This document shows positions 38,545 to 47,574 of a stretch of 64,000 nucleotides of DNA, piece by piece (position 1 is the stretch's first letter; every line of letters begins with the position of its first letter). Under the pieces are notes generated by a model. The model did no database searches, had not been told where the DNA came from, and was given only the letters and a program-made list of their open reading frames with translations. Source of the stretch: Synechococcales cyanobacterium CRU_2_2 (lineage in GTDB: Bacteria; Cyanobacteriota; Cyanobacteriia; PCC-9006; JAAUQQ01); the NCBI GenBank assembly GCA_012034805.1, contig JAAUOP010000007.1, forward strand, positions 1,003 through 65,002. Reading direction: 5' to 3'. The position numbers and the translations under genes are program-made.

Positions 38545-40002
38545 TTGGGTCGGAAGCCGTGGGGGAGAGCACGCTCTCTACGGGCTCAGTTGACCTCGCA
38601 AGTGGCAATCTTAGCTGCCTTGGGGCTAGGCAGCATGACCGCTTGGTCTGCGTGGCAAATGCGCAGCCTTTTGCTGGGTTCTCATCAGCGAACCTTGGAC
38701 GATGTGGGCGGTCGCTTTACTCACGATTTTTCGGTGGCCCTGGCCCAAGGTTCGGGCCTGGATACCGCAGCGGTCACCGCTATTCAGGCAGCTGTTCAAA
38801 CTGCCTCCACCAAAAACATTTTGCTGTGGGTTGAGAATCCGCAGATGGAGCTGGTGGCCAGTTCTGTGGTGGCTTCTGCCGATGCCATACAGCTCCAGGA
38901 CCTCAGAACCCACGTGAACTTTTCGAGTAAAAGCCATTTGGTGCCCATGGGCGAGCCAAGCCGATATCTGGTGGTTTGTGGCGTTGCTCTGGAGAATCAG
39001 CAACAAACTGTCGGCAACCTCTATTTGGCCTACGACGTCAGCTCCCAACACCAGGCCTATACCACCTACTTGCGCCATTTGATGATGGCCAGTCTATTGC
39101 TGTTGGGGCTATTGACCGGGGCGATTGCCCACTGCGTTCGTCAGGTCACCCAACCCCTCAAGGCCATCAGCGACACCGCCAGCAAGCTTTCTGCAACTGA
39201 TTTGAGCCCAATAACCCTTGACCAATCCCCTGAAGAGATCGCGGGCCTCATCGAAGCCTTCAACGCCATGCTGCTTCGCCTATCGGAAGCTTGGGAGAAA
39301 CAACGCCAGTTCATCAATGACGCCTCCCACGAATTGCGAACGCCCTTGACCGTCGTAGATGGTTACTTACAGAGTATTTTGCGGCGTAAAGACAACCTCA
39401 ATCTACTTCAACAAGAAGCGCTTGGTACCGCCGCCGAAGAAACCCAGCGCACGATTCACATGGTAGAGGAAATGCTGGAAATTGCCCGTGCAGACAGTGG
39501 GCAACTGGTTTTTGATCTAAAGCCAATTGTCTTATACCCCCTACTGCAGAAGACACTTCAAACCATCCAAGCGCGTCATCTGCGATCGCTCATCCTCCGA
39601 GATCCCCCAGGCCCCATCATAGTCTTGGCAGACCCTAAATATCTCCAACAAGCTCTGGTGCATTTACTCGAAAATGCCATCCAATATTCCGACCCTTCGG
39701 AGGCAATTTGCATTTCGCTAGCAGAACAGTTCGATCACGTTAGCATTACCGTTCAGGACACCGGAATAGGTATTGATCCGAAGCATTTGAATCATATTTT
39801 TGAACGCTTTTATCGAGCCGATCCGGCCCGTCATCGACAAGGTGGGACGGGTCTGGGGCTGACGATCGCCAAAGCGTGGGTAGAAGGTATGGGGGGTACC
39901 ATTGCCGTTCAGTCCCAAGTCAACCAGGGTTCTACATTTACGATTTCTCTACAAAACTACAATTTCTCTAAAAACCATGACGACCAGCATTCTTGTTGTT
40001 GA
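38545..40002 (+). CDS. Sensor histidine kinase (two TM helices, periplasmic loop, HAMP, HisKA, HATPase)
   Basis: H-box DASHELRTPLTVV, N-box LLENAIQYS, G-boxes DTGIGI and GGTGLGLTIAKAW. The start is uncertain (TTG at 38545, no ATG nearby; the frame is open from 38461). Confidence 0.8.
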   Translation: MGRKPWGRARSLRAQLTSQVAILAALGLGSMTAWSAWQMRSLLLGSHQRTLDDVGGRFTHDFSVALAQGSGLDTAAVTAIQAAVQTASTKNILLWVENPQMELVASSVVASADAIQLQDLRTHVNFSSKSHLVPMGEPSRYLVVCGVALENQQQTVGNLYLAYDVSSQHQAYTTYLRHLMMASLLLLGLLTGAIAHCVRQVTQPLKAISDTASKLSATDLSPITLDQSPEEIAGLIEAFNAMLLRLSEAWEKQRQFINDASHELRTPLTVVDGYLQSILRRKDNLNLLQQEALGTAAEETQRTIHMVEEMLEIARADSGQLVFDLKPIVLYPLLQKTLQTIQARHLRSLILRDPPGPIIVLADPKYLQQALVHLLENAIQYSDPSEAICISLAEQFDHVSITVQDTGIGIDPKHLNHIFERFYRADPARHRQGGTGLGLTIAKAWVEGMGGTIAVQSQVNQGSTFTISLQNYNFSKNHDDQHSCC

Positions 40003-40651
40003 AGATGAAGTCAAGCTAGCTCGGCTACTGGAGCTAGAATTGACCCAAGAAGGCTATGAGGTGACCGTAGCCCATGATGGCTTTGCGGGGCTAACTAGTG
40101 CTCGAAACAAGCTGCCCGATCTACTGATTTTGGATTGGATGCTGCCAGGTATTTCGGGTGTAGAAATTTGCCGTAGATTGCGATCGACGGGCATTAAAAT
40201 TCCGATCATTTTGCTCACCGCCAAGGACGAAGTTTCGGCACGGGTGGAAGGACTGGATGCGGGGGCGGATGATTATGTGGTTAAACCCTTCAGTCTGGAA
40301 GAATTACTGGCACGGGTGCGATCGAATTTGCGCAAGAGCCAACCCCAGGATGTAGAGCGGCTCGAATTTGACGATCTGCGGCTCGATCGGAAAACCAGAG
40401 AGGTCTGGCGGGGTGATCGCGCCATCGAACTCACGGTCAAAGAATACGACCTGCTGGATTATTTGCTCGCCCATCCTCGCCAAGTCATCACCCGTGACCA
40501 AATCCTGGAGAAAGTTTGGGGCTATGACTTCATGGGCGATTCAAACATCATTGAGGTCTATGTGCGCTATCTGCGCATCAAGCTTGAGGAACAGGGAGAG
40601 CCAAGGCTGATCCAGACGGTGCGAGGGGTCGGATACGTGCTGCGGAGTTAA
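39977..40651 (+). CDS. OmpR-family response regulator
   Basis: MTTSILVVEDEVKLARLL..., receiver Asp in LLILDWMLPG, winged helix ...LTVKEYDLLDYLLAHPRQVITRDQILEKVWG. Overlaps the kinase end. Confidence 0.9.
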   Translation: MTTSILVVEDEVKLARLLELELTQEGYEVTVAHDGFAGLTSARNKLPDLLILDWMLPGISGVEICRRLRSTGIKIPIILLTAKDEVSARVEGLDAGADDYVVKPFSLEELLARVRSNLRKSQPQDVERLEFDDLRLDRKTREVWRGDRAIELTVKEYDLLDYLLAHPRQVITRDQILEKVWGYDFMGDSNIIEVYVRYLRIKLEEQGEPRLIQTVRGVGYVLRS

Positions 40652-40753
40652 TCAGGTTGACGATCAATCGGGATTGGCCGAAAGAAGGGCCTGAAAGAGG
40701 GGCCAAAACAGGATAAGATCGCCCTCGACATCTTTTTCCAGTAGCCAGGGCGA

Positions 40754-41347
40754 ATGAACTTAAACAAAAATTCTCCCCAGCTTGTGCGCGATCGCCTTGG
40801 GCGACCCTACGAAATGGTTGTAACCCTCGACGGGCCAGTGAGTCGCTTTCGTCTCTATGATCGCAAAACCTTGGTGGGCGAGGCAAAGTGTCTGCGGTGC
40901 TCTGTAGCGCGGATGGAATTAGGAGATATTGCGATCGCCAACGAAGCCATCCCCACCCCCGCGAATGCTCTGATGCAGCGGTTGCGCCAGATTCCCGGCT
41001 GCCAGCATGCCCCCGTCAACTATCGAGGTCGGGGATTGGGAACAGTGTTGCTTCAGCATCTTGTGAATCATGCGCGATCGGCAGGGGCTCAGGAACTCTG
41101 GGGTGAGGTGTTTCAGCAAGATATCGAAAATGATCCAGGCTTACTCAACTGGTACCAGAACTTTGGGTTTGAACGCCATTCTCCTTCGGCTGAGGTGGGG
41201 GAAGATGTAGTGGCACTGATTTGTTTTGCACTAGATACAATAAAGTCGAACGCAACGAAATTGGATGCAACAAAATCGGATGCAACGAAATCGGACGCGA
41301 TAAAATTGGATGCAACGAGATCAGATGCAAAAACATCTATTTCCTAG
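40754..41347 (+). CDS. GNAT-family N-acetyltransferase with a repetitive C-terminal tail
   Basis: Acetyl-CoA loop YRGRGLGTVLLQHLVNHA...NFGFE. The tail (D-A-T-K-[SL])n is encoded by 15-bp repeats at about 41234-41335. Confidence 0.65.
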   Translation: MNLNKNSPQLVRDRLGRPYEMVVTLDGPVSRFRLYDRKTLVGEAKCLRCSVARMELGDIAIANEAIPTPANALMQRLRQIPGCQHAPVNYRGRGLGTVLLQHLVNHARSAGAQELWGEVFQQDIENDPGLLNWYQNFGFERHSPSAEVGEDVVALICFALDTIKSNATKLDATKSDATKSDAIKLDATRSDAKTSIS

Positions 41348-41360
41348 GCTAATTTCAAGG

Positions 41361-41929
41361 TCATGCCTCAGGTAAAACCGGTCGGGCTTCGCCGTTGAGC
41401 AACATAAAGTAAAGCTCAACGATCAGTTCTGGATGGTGCTGCTTAACCTGCTGATAGGCCTGGTTTAAATATTGAGTGTGAATCTGTTGCTCAGCCTCCA
41501 GATCATCTTTTGGCATGATTTCAAACTTACTCGCGTAGGCCCCACAATCTTGGTGGTCGAGAATGATCACCTTGCTAATTCGGTGGATTTTTTTGAAAGA
41601 GCCAGTTGATCCCAAAAGGCTTCGGCCTCAGCGGCATGGGGGAAGCCAGTCAGGGCTAGAGATGCACCGGCGAGTGCAACCCAGTCGTATGCTTGCTTCA
41701 GATTCTGACTCTCTAGAAATGATTGTTCGAAAGTAATAAAACGAAAATCAATGCAGCTCAATACGAGTGCCCTGGCCTGATAGTCAGCGGCCAGAACCGG
41801 TTTGCCTGTGAGCCAAAACCAACTCGCGATCGCCCCTCCCAGACCAGCCGCTCGCAAGAAAGCACGACGATTGAATTGATCAGAGCATCGATGACGAGAG
41901 CACTCACATGTATCAAAACACTCCCTCAT
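41361..41929 (-). pseudogene. Tat-signal beta-carbonic-anhydrase-like protein, frameshift in a T7 run (41588-41594)
   Basis: Twin-arginine motif NRRAFLRAAG. Beta-CA zinc motifs SCIDFR (CxDxR) and HQDCGA (HxxCG) are split between ORFs 41567..42076 and 41361..41615. Confidence 0.5.
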
Positions 41930-42486
41930 AGCACCAACCACCCAAACACATCCGCCACTACCAAATTCAACGTCAACTCTGGCAAGGGCGGCACGATCGC
42001 GTCTCCTCGAAAAATGCGTAGTCGCTGGGATCGATCTACAACTAAGATAGTTTCCTCTTCTGGATCTAGCAGCCAACCCAACTCTGTACCCTGCTCCGAG
42101 CAGTGCAACAAATTATCCAATGCCTTCGTCTGGCTTTGCCCAGGTGACAAAATCTCAATGGCCCAATCTGGACGAATTAAAAAGCGATGGGCCACTCGTC
42201 CCGCCTCTGTCCGAGGGATACGCCCCCAGCGGAAGACCGACACATCCGGAATCAGCGATCGCCCCCCAAACGAGCACCGCAACTCCGGGAACGCATAGAA
42301 CACTCGACCCGGCTGTCCGGCTTGATTCAGTACCTTACACAACTCAACCTGTAAACAGCTGTGTTCTCCCTGAGGCATCGGTTTTTGCCAAATTTCACCA
42401 ACCACAAACTCCGCAGGGGGCTTCGTCTCCGGCAGAGCCAGAAACGCATCTAGGGTCAATCGTGGCCGTACTATGCTGTTCGTCAT
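41926..42486 (-). CDS. Uma2-family (DUF820) endonuclease-fold protein
   Basis: ...FVVGEIWQKPMPQGEHS...PDVSVF...RPDWAIEILSPG... The stop overlaps the downstream ATG (ATGA). Confidence 0.75.
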   Translation of the reverse strand: MTNSIVRPRLTLDAFLALPETKPPAEFVVGEIWQKPMPQGEHSCLQVELCKVLNQAGQPGRVFYAFPELRCSFGGRSLIPDVSVFRWGRIPRTEAGRVAHRFLIRPDWAIEILSPGQSQTKALDNLLHCSEQGTELGWLLDPEEETILVVDRSQRLRIFRGDAIVPPLPELTLNLVVADVFGWLVL

Positions 42487-42650
42487 CGATTTTGCCCAGA
42501 CTCTACGAAGACTGTCCTAATTTTGGCACAAATTCAAAAGTCTCAAACGAAGGGTCTTGAATGAAGGTCTTGAAGGTAATGAAATCCTAAGAATTGACCC
42601 AGGGGCGATCGCCCCCGGCTACGCTGGTTCTGATCTGCTCTGGTAAATCC

Positions 42651-43936
42651 ATGCCATCGCTGCTGTCTGATGCTAACCTCCGCCTTGATGAAGCGCTCAA
42701 ACATGTTCAGCTTTCGGAAGACGCAATTTTGCGACTGCGATCGCCCAAAACCAGCCTCAGCGTCTCCATTCCCCTGCGCCGGGACGATGGCTCCCTGGAA
42801 ATCTTTCAGGGCTATCGCGTTCGCTATGATGACACACGCGGCCCCACCAAAGGAGGCGTTCGCTTTCATCCCAATGTCTCCATCGACGAAGTCCAGTCCT
42901 TGGCCTTTTGGATGACCTTCAAGTGCGCCGTTCTCGATTTACCCTACGGCGGCGGTAAGGGCGGCATCACAGTTGATCCCAAAAACCTGTCTCGTCTGGA
43001 GCTTGAGCGCTTGAGCCGGGGCTATATCGACGCGATCGCAGATTTCATCGGCCCCGATCGCGACATTCTCGCCCCTGATGTTTATACCAACGCGATGATT
43101 ATGAGTTGGATGATGGATCAATACAGCATCATCCAGCGCCAGTTTTCGCCAGCGGTGGTGACGGGTAAGCCGATCGCAGTGGGTGGTAGTCGAGGGCGAG
43201 ATACCGCGACGGCCATGGGTGCATTTTTGCGATCGAAACCCTGATGCCCAAGTTCGATCGGCGACCCCAGCAAACTCGAGTGGCAATTCAAGGGTTTGGC
43301 AATGCTGGAGCAACCTTGGCCCAGCTTTTGTTTGAGTCTGGGTACAAAGTCGTTGCAGTCAGCGACTCTCAGGGAGGAATCTATGCCCCTCTCGGATTAG
43401 ACATTCCCAGTGTTCAAGCCCACAAAAACGCTACTCGCACCATGAAGGCTGTGTACTGCGAAGGTAGCGTTTGCAATTTGGTTGAGCATCGCACTATCAC
43501 CAACGCCGAGCTGCTCGAACTGGATGTTGATATTTTGATTCCGGCAGCGCTAGAGAATCAAATCACGCCTGCCAACGCTGCCCAGATCAAAGCTCCGCTC
43601 ATCTTTGAAGTTGCCAATGGCCCGATTACAGCGGCGGCAGACGCCATTTTGCAAGCCCAGGGCTGTTGGGTGTTTCCCGATATTTTGATTAATGCCGGGG
43701 GAGTCACAGTCAGTTACTTCGAGTGGGTACAAAACCGTAGCGGCCTCTACTGGAGCGCAGAAGAGGTCGCCTTACAACTGAAGCGACGCATGGTAAAAGA
43801 AACTGAAGCAATCTGGCACATTGCCCAATCGCGCAACCTCTCGTCCCGTACCGCAGCCTATGTCCATGCCCTAGAGCGTCTGGGCGAGACCATCGAAGCC
43901 AAGGGCACCCGCGATTATTACCAGGGAGGTCGTTAG
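42651..43936 (+). pseudogene. gdhA: Glu/Leu/Phe/Val dehydrogenase (glutamate dehydrogenase), frameshift near 43218-43228
   Basis: KGGVRFHP, LPYGGGKGG (catalytic Lys box), then RVAIQGFGNAGATLA (Rossmann) in the next frame. The junction lies at ...ATAMG / IFAIETLMPK. Confidence 0.8.
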
Positions 43937-43993
43937 GTGCGCAAGCGGTAATCAGAAACCCGTCGGCCTGGCGAGTGACCGGTTTGCTGACTC

Positions 43994-44302
43994 TCAGAAC
44001 TTGGGTTGACTCCAACAGCGATCGAGATGTGAGATCAGCACCTCGCGCTGAGCAGACAGGGTCTGCAAAATGCTCCAGACTTGGAGCATCTGACCGGGGC
44101 TGTCCACTTGAATGAGAAGGGGTTGATAGGCCTTACATTGACACGTTAAGCCCAACTCAACTAAACGGCGATAAGCCTGCCATCGATCGGGGCAGTCCAC
44201 TGGAGTCAAGATCTGGGTCGGGTTCGAACTCTGATGAGGGCTGAGATTGAGCTCAGAATTTAGGTCGGAACCATTGAGAATGGGGGTTGTATCTGGGTTC
44301 AT
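43994..44302 (-). CDS. Small hypothetical protein
   Basis: ORF with the internal ATG at 44302. ...CPDRWQAYRRLVELGLTCQCKAYQPLLIQVD... Probably a conserved cyanobacterial small protein, but the family was not confidently recalled. Confidence 0.4.
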   Translation of the reverse strand: MNPDTTPILNGSDLNSELNLSPHQSSNPTQILTPVDCPDRWQAYRRLVELGLTCQCKAYQPLLIQVDSPGQMLQVWSILQTLSAQREVLISHLDRCWSQPKF

Positions 44303-44570
44303 AATTGGGATCTCCAGGGGCGTCAGGGTGTTTAAAAGGGGTGGCTCGCGAAAAGGCAAGGAAATGGGGGAAAGGGGTGAGCGATCGCGGCAATATCTTC
44401 AGGATTAAAATGCGGCACTAAAATACGTGCAGCAGCAAATTTGATCAATATTTTTCTATTGAAACCAGCTTGCAGTGACAGGCTCAGAATTGAGCCTATT
44501 TCCGCACTCTAGATGGACGCAATGCACAACCAGATCATGAAAAAGATCTTGCTGATCAACAGATGAGCAT

Positions 44571-44852
44571 TCATGCCTCATTCCCTGGCTTATGGTCCTC
44601 TTCTGAGGCTTGAATCTCACGAACCCATAGAATAATTGTGTTGTGGCTAATCCCCGTCATTCGTTCAATTTCTCGATATTTCATCCCATTCTTTCGCATT
44701 CTAATACAGATTTGTCTGACCTCATGCGAGTATCCTCGCGGATAATGAGCCTCTAAAAACTGACGTCCACAACCTTTGCAGATATAGTTTTGTCGCCCTC
44801 CTCGACGACCATTTTTACTAGTAGATTGGGACCCACAATGAGGGCAGTTCAT
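44571..44852 (-). mobile_element. Solo IS1-family InsA-like ORF (zinc ribbon plus HTH), with no transposase ORF or terminal repeats found
   Basis: MNCPHCGSQSTSKNGRRGGRQNYICKGCGRQF (CxxC...CxxC), then an HTH ...YREIERMTGISHNTIILWV. No InsB-like ORF downstream (44360-44570). Confidence 0.6.
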
Positions 44853-45086
44853 GATTCAGTTGTGCAGCTTAAAAATATCTTTAGATTCAATCATTAGCAA
44901 ACTCTAAACCTGCTGATGAGAGACCTTCTTATCCCCATCAAAACAGCCCACAACGATCCTCCAGATTTTCAAAAGAAGCTGTTAAGATTCGGGAAGGATA
45001 GCAAAGACCGACCTGAATGATTCACAGCTCTCGGTCGTTCAGTCCAGTTCAACCATGACTTAGGGTTGCAGCCCAAGGGAGATGCC

Positions 45087-45623
45087 ATGCTTACTGTCCA
45101 AACACCCCTACGTGCCTTCGGCCAAGTCGGAGAAAACGTCGTCCTCCTCGATAACTCCACAACGGAACCGATCTGCGAGGGACTCAATATTGCTCTCGCC
45201 AGTTTTCAGGGCCTCTATCTTCAATATCAAAAGCATCACTTTTCTGTGGAGGGGGCAGAGTTTTACGGCCTACACGAATTTTTCGAGGACAGTTACAAGG
45301 CCTGTCAAGGCCATGCCCATGATGTGGGCGAACGCCTAGATGGCCTAGGTGGCGTCACGGTAGCCAGTTTCACCAAGCTAGGGGAACTCTGCTGCTTCAC
45401 TCCCGAGGAAGATGGCGCATTTTCCTGTCGCCAGATGGCCGAAAACGATCTGGCGGCGGAACAGGTGGGAATTCAGATGTTGCGGCGTCACGCTGCTCAA
45501 GCGGAAAGCCTGGGCGATCGCGCCACTCGCTACCTCTACGAGCAAATTTTGCTCAAAACCGAGGAGCGTGCCTACCACCTGTCCCACTTCTTGGCACCGG
45601 ATACCCTGGTGATTCGCCGCTAG
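45087..45623 (+). CDS. dps: Dps-family DNA-protection / ferritin-like protein
   Basis: [26 protein letters not shown]...AHDVGERL are ferroxidase-centre residues of Dps. Confidence 0.85.
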   Translation: MLTVQTPLRAFGQVGENVVLLDNSTTEPICEGLNIALASFQGLYLQYQKHHFSVEGAEFYGLHEFFEDSYKACQGHAHDVGERLDGLGGVTVASFTKLGELCCFTPEEDGAFSCRQMAENDLAAEQVGIQMLRRHAAQAESLGDRATRYLYEQILLKTEERAYHLSHFLAPDTLVIRR

Positions 45624-45711
45624 GGCTTTATTGCTCTCTGATAGGGACTATACCCTTATTGCAAGAGCTTGTCACTAGCTTGGACAAGTTTATTGGCCAT
45701 GCCTCGAAGTA

Positions 45712-45747
45712 AAAAGCGCTGAAATCCTTGTGTTTCAGCGCTTTTTT
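45712..45747 (+). terminator. Rho-independent terminator after dps
   Basis: aagcgctgaaa-tccttgtg-tttcagcgctt followed by TTTT. Confidence 0.7.
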
Positions 45748-45968
45748 GAGATTGAAGTCCCTGAATTGCCGATCGCACTTCTTTACATTCAAGCTGGATA
45801 GTAGGCTGCTTGTACGTCAGATCATGGTTACTACTTTTGAGTTTGAGGGAGAGTTATCGGGAGGGCGATCGCACGCCTGTAATGCCCAGAACTCCTTTCC
45901 ATAAGACTTTTAAACTTTTTGAACTAATCTAGATCTGCCACGCCCGACAATTAAACCACCAAATCTAC

Positions 45969-45998
45969 TTGACAGTAACTCTCAAGTAAAATTATACT
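45969..45998 (+). promoter_or_regulatory. Near-consensus sigma-70 promoter (TTGACA-18 nt-TATACT)
   Basis: Read directly. It would start transcription near 46005, about 450 nt upstream of the next credible ATG (46456). Confidence 0.45.
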
Positions 45999-46455
45999 CG
46001 GCCTCAGGCGTAGCTTACCGATAACCATTAGCAACTTTCTCGACCCAAGGCTTTGGCGCTCTCTTTGTCTTAGATCTGCTCCCCTTCGTTGTTGAGATGG
46101 GATTACAACTGATGAACCTGCTGGCTGTTAAATTTCCAATTCAGGCACTTGCCCCACCTCGCCTTGGGCAACCTCGCTTCGAATTATCCCAAGCTGAGTC
46201 GCCCAAGGGGCGTTCGTTCACGAACGCCCCCTTGAAACCTTTCCGACTTCGTCCTCCCAGTTTGATCCCAATGCCTGGGATCATTGGCTACTTTTGGTTG
46301 TGGCACTGGGCTTCTCCATTTGGGTTTTGCGAACCTCCTGGTCTTGGCGGCAAGATTCAAAGCAGAACCGCTCGCTTCCCCATCGCTCCTCCAGTTTTCG
46401 GCGTTAGGAGCAAGCCGCGTGTTTCGTCCCTTCGCCTTGTAATGGCTAAGTTCCT

Positions 46456-47058
46456 ATGAGTTGCTCCGAGACGTTCAGCTTTAATTTAGTGGGTCAGTTT
46501 TTGGGCTATGAACTCAAAGGCTACAAACTTTATCGGATTCATCTGGGCAATGCCCAAGGTGAATATCGTCTGAAACTGAGTGGCGAAGCTCGAGATGATC
46601 TGCTTCGTGCTGCCCTGCAAGGCAACCTCCAGGTGGGGGACTGGATGCAGGTCTTTGGTCTGCAAGAGATCAAGGCCAGCGATGGCAGCACCAAGTTCAA
46701 GGTGCGTTCGATTGAGCGAACCTTGGAGCCGCCCCAGAGTCATTTGCGCACGTGGGTGCCACCGACGCTTCCAGGCCCCAAAACACAAATTTTGGTTTGC
46801 CAAAAGTCAAGCTGCTGCAAGCGAGGGGGAAAGGCGATCTGCCATGCCCTCAATCAGATGCTGAACGAACGGGGGTTGGGCGATCGCGTACACCTCAAAG
46901 CCACCGGCTGTCTTAAGCAGTGCGGCAAAGGCCCCAATCTCATCGTCGGCAAGACGCGTCACCATCAGGTGAAAGTTGGCGATATTCCCCAGATTTTGGA
47001 CGCTCACTTCCCCCCCTTGGAAGTGGAGGCAAAGCAATGTGCCGTTGCGAAGACCTAG
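46456..47058 (+). CDS. Thioredoxin-like [2Fe-2S] ferredoxin-domain protein (IdiC-like)
   Basis: ILVCQKSSCCKRGG and ATGCLKQCGKGPNLIV form the four-Cys cluster pattern of this family. Lies between dps and isiA. Confidence 0.65.
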   Translation: MSCSETFSFNLVGQFLGYELKGYKLYRIHLGNAQGEYRLKLSGEARDDLLRAALQGNLQVGDWMQVFGLQEIKASDGSTKFKVRSIERTLEPPQSHLRTWVPPTLPGPKTQILVCQKSSCCKRGGKAICHALNQMLNERGLGDRVHLKATGCLKQCGKGPNLIVGKTRHHQVKVGDIPQILDAHFPPLEVEAKQCAVAKT

Positions 47059-47187
47059 AACATCGCAATCCAATTATTTCTGTCCGAGTCGTCTTCAAGC
47101 CGATGATCAGATTTACTTGAGAAAAAATTCATTAATGTTGAAGTTTAAAACGGAGATTAACGCAAAAGTTTTCTATTTTCTCTCGAA

Positions 47188-47225
47188 ATAGCCGCAGGCC
47201 TTCCCCAGCCTGTGGCTATTTTTTG
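47188..47225 (+). terminator. Rho-independent terminator
   Basis: atagccgcaggc-cttcccca-gcctgtggctat followed by TTTTTT. Confidence 0.65.
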
Positions 47226-47372
47226 GTTATTTCTTTCAGCTGTTGCTCAATTCGTCCTTTTTGGCCACTTCCGTAAAAGCCTTTTCCAGCAAAGATTAAG
47301 AGTATTCTTGCAATTAAGATCCAGCTCAAAATAGTTATCTAGAGTACAAAATAAAATAAAACTTCATCGTTA

Positions 47373-47432
47373 CTTATTGAGAAAGATTCTAAACTAAGTT
47401 TTATCGAGCTAATGAAGTTGATTCTCAATAAG
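47373..47432. promoter_or_regulatory. 11-bp perfect inverted repeat (cttattgagaa ... ttctcaataag) in the AT-rich isiA upstream region; candidate iron-regulator site
   Basis: Read directly at 47373-47383 and 47422-47432. Each arm contains gattct. Confidence 0.3.
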
Positions 47433-47503
47433 GTTCTCGTGTCTTCTAGCTAGATGTCCCCGAGCCTTGAGGATTCTTGATCCAGTCGATACTCTCCTCT
47501 CTC

Positions 47504-47548
47504 CCGTTTGGGGGTCTGGCTTGCAAGCGACTCCCAAACGGCTTTTTT
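47504..47548 (+). other. Terminator-like hairpin plus T6, 27 nt upstream of the isiA start codon
   Basis: ccgtttggg(gg) ... cccaaacgg followed by cTTTTTT at 47543-48. RBS aggaga follows at about 47561. Confidence 0.5.
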
Positions 47549-47574
47549 CAATACGTTCGCAGGAGAACTTTTTT

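Noticed and set aside
46097-46459. 120-aa ORF ending in an ATGA overlap with the 2Fe-2S gene
   Set aside because: The composition (P/R/L/F-rich) looks non-coding and it contains a perfect GC hairpin. It is kept only as an alternative in the leader/sRNA finding.
47467-47574. 36-codon in-frame extension upstream of isiA
   Set aside because: It contains the terminator-like hairpin and precedes the RBS aggaga. IsiA homologues start at MQ.YGN.
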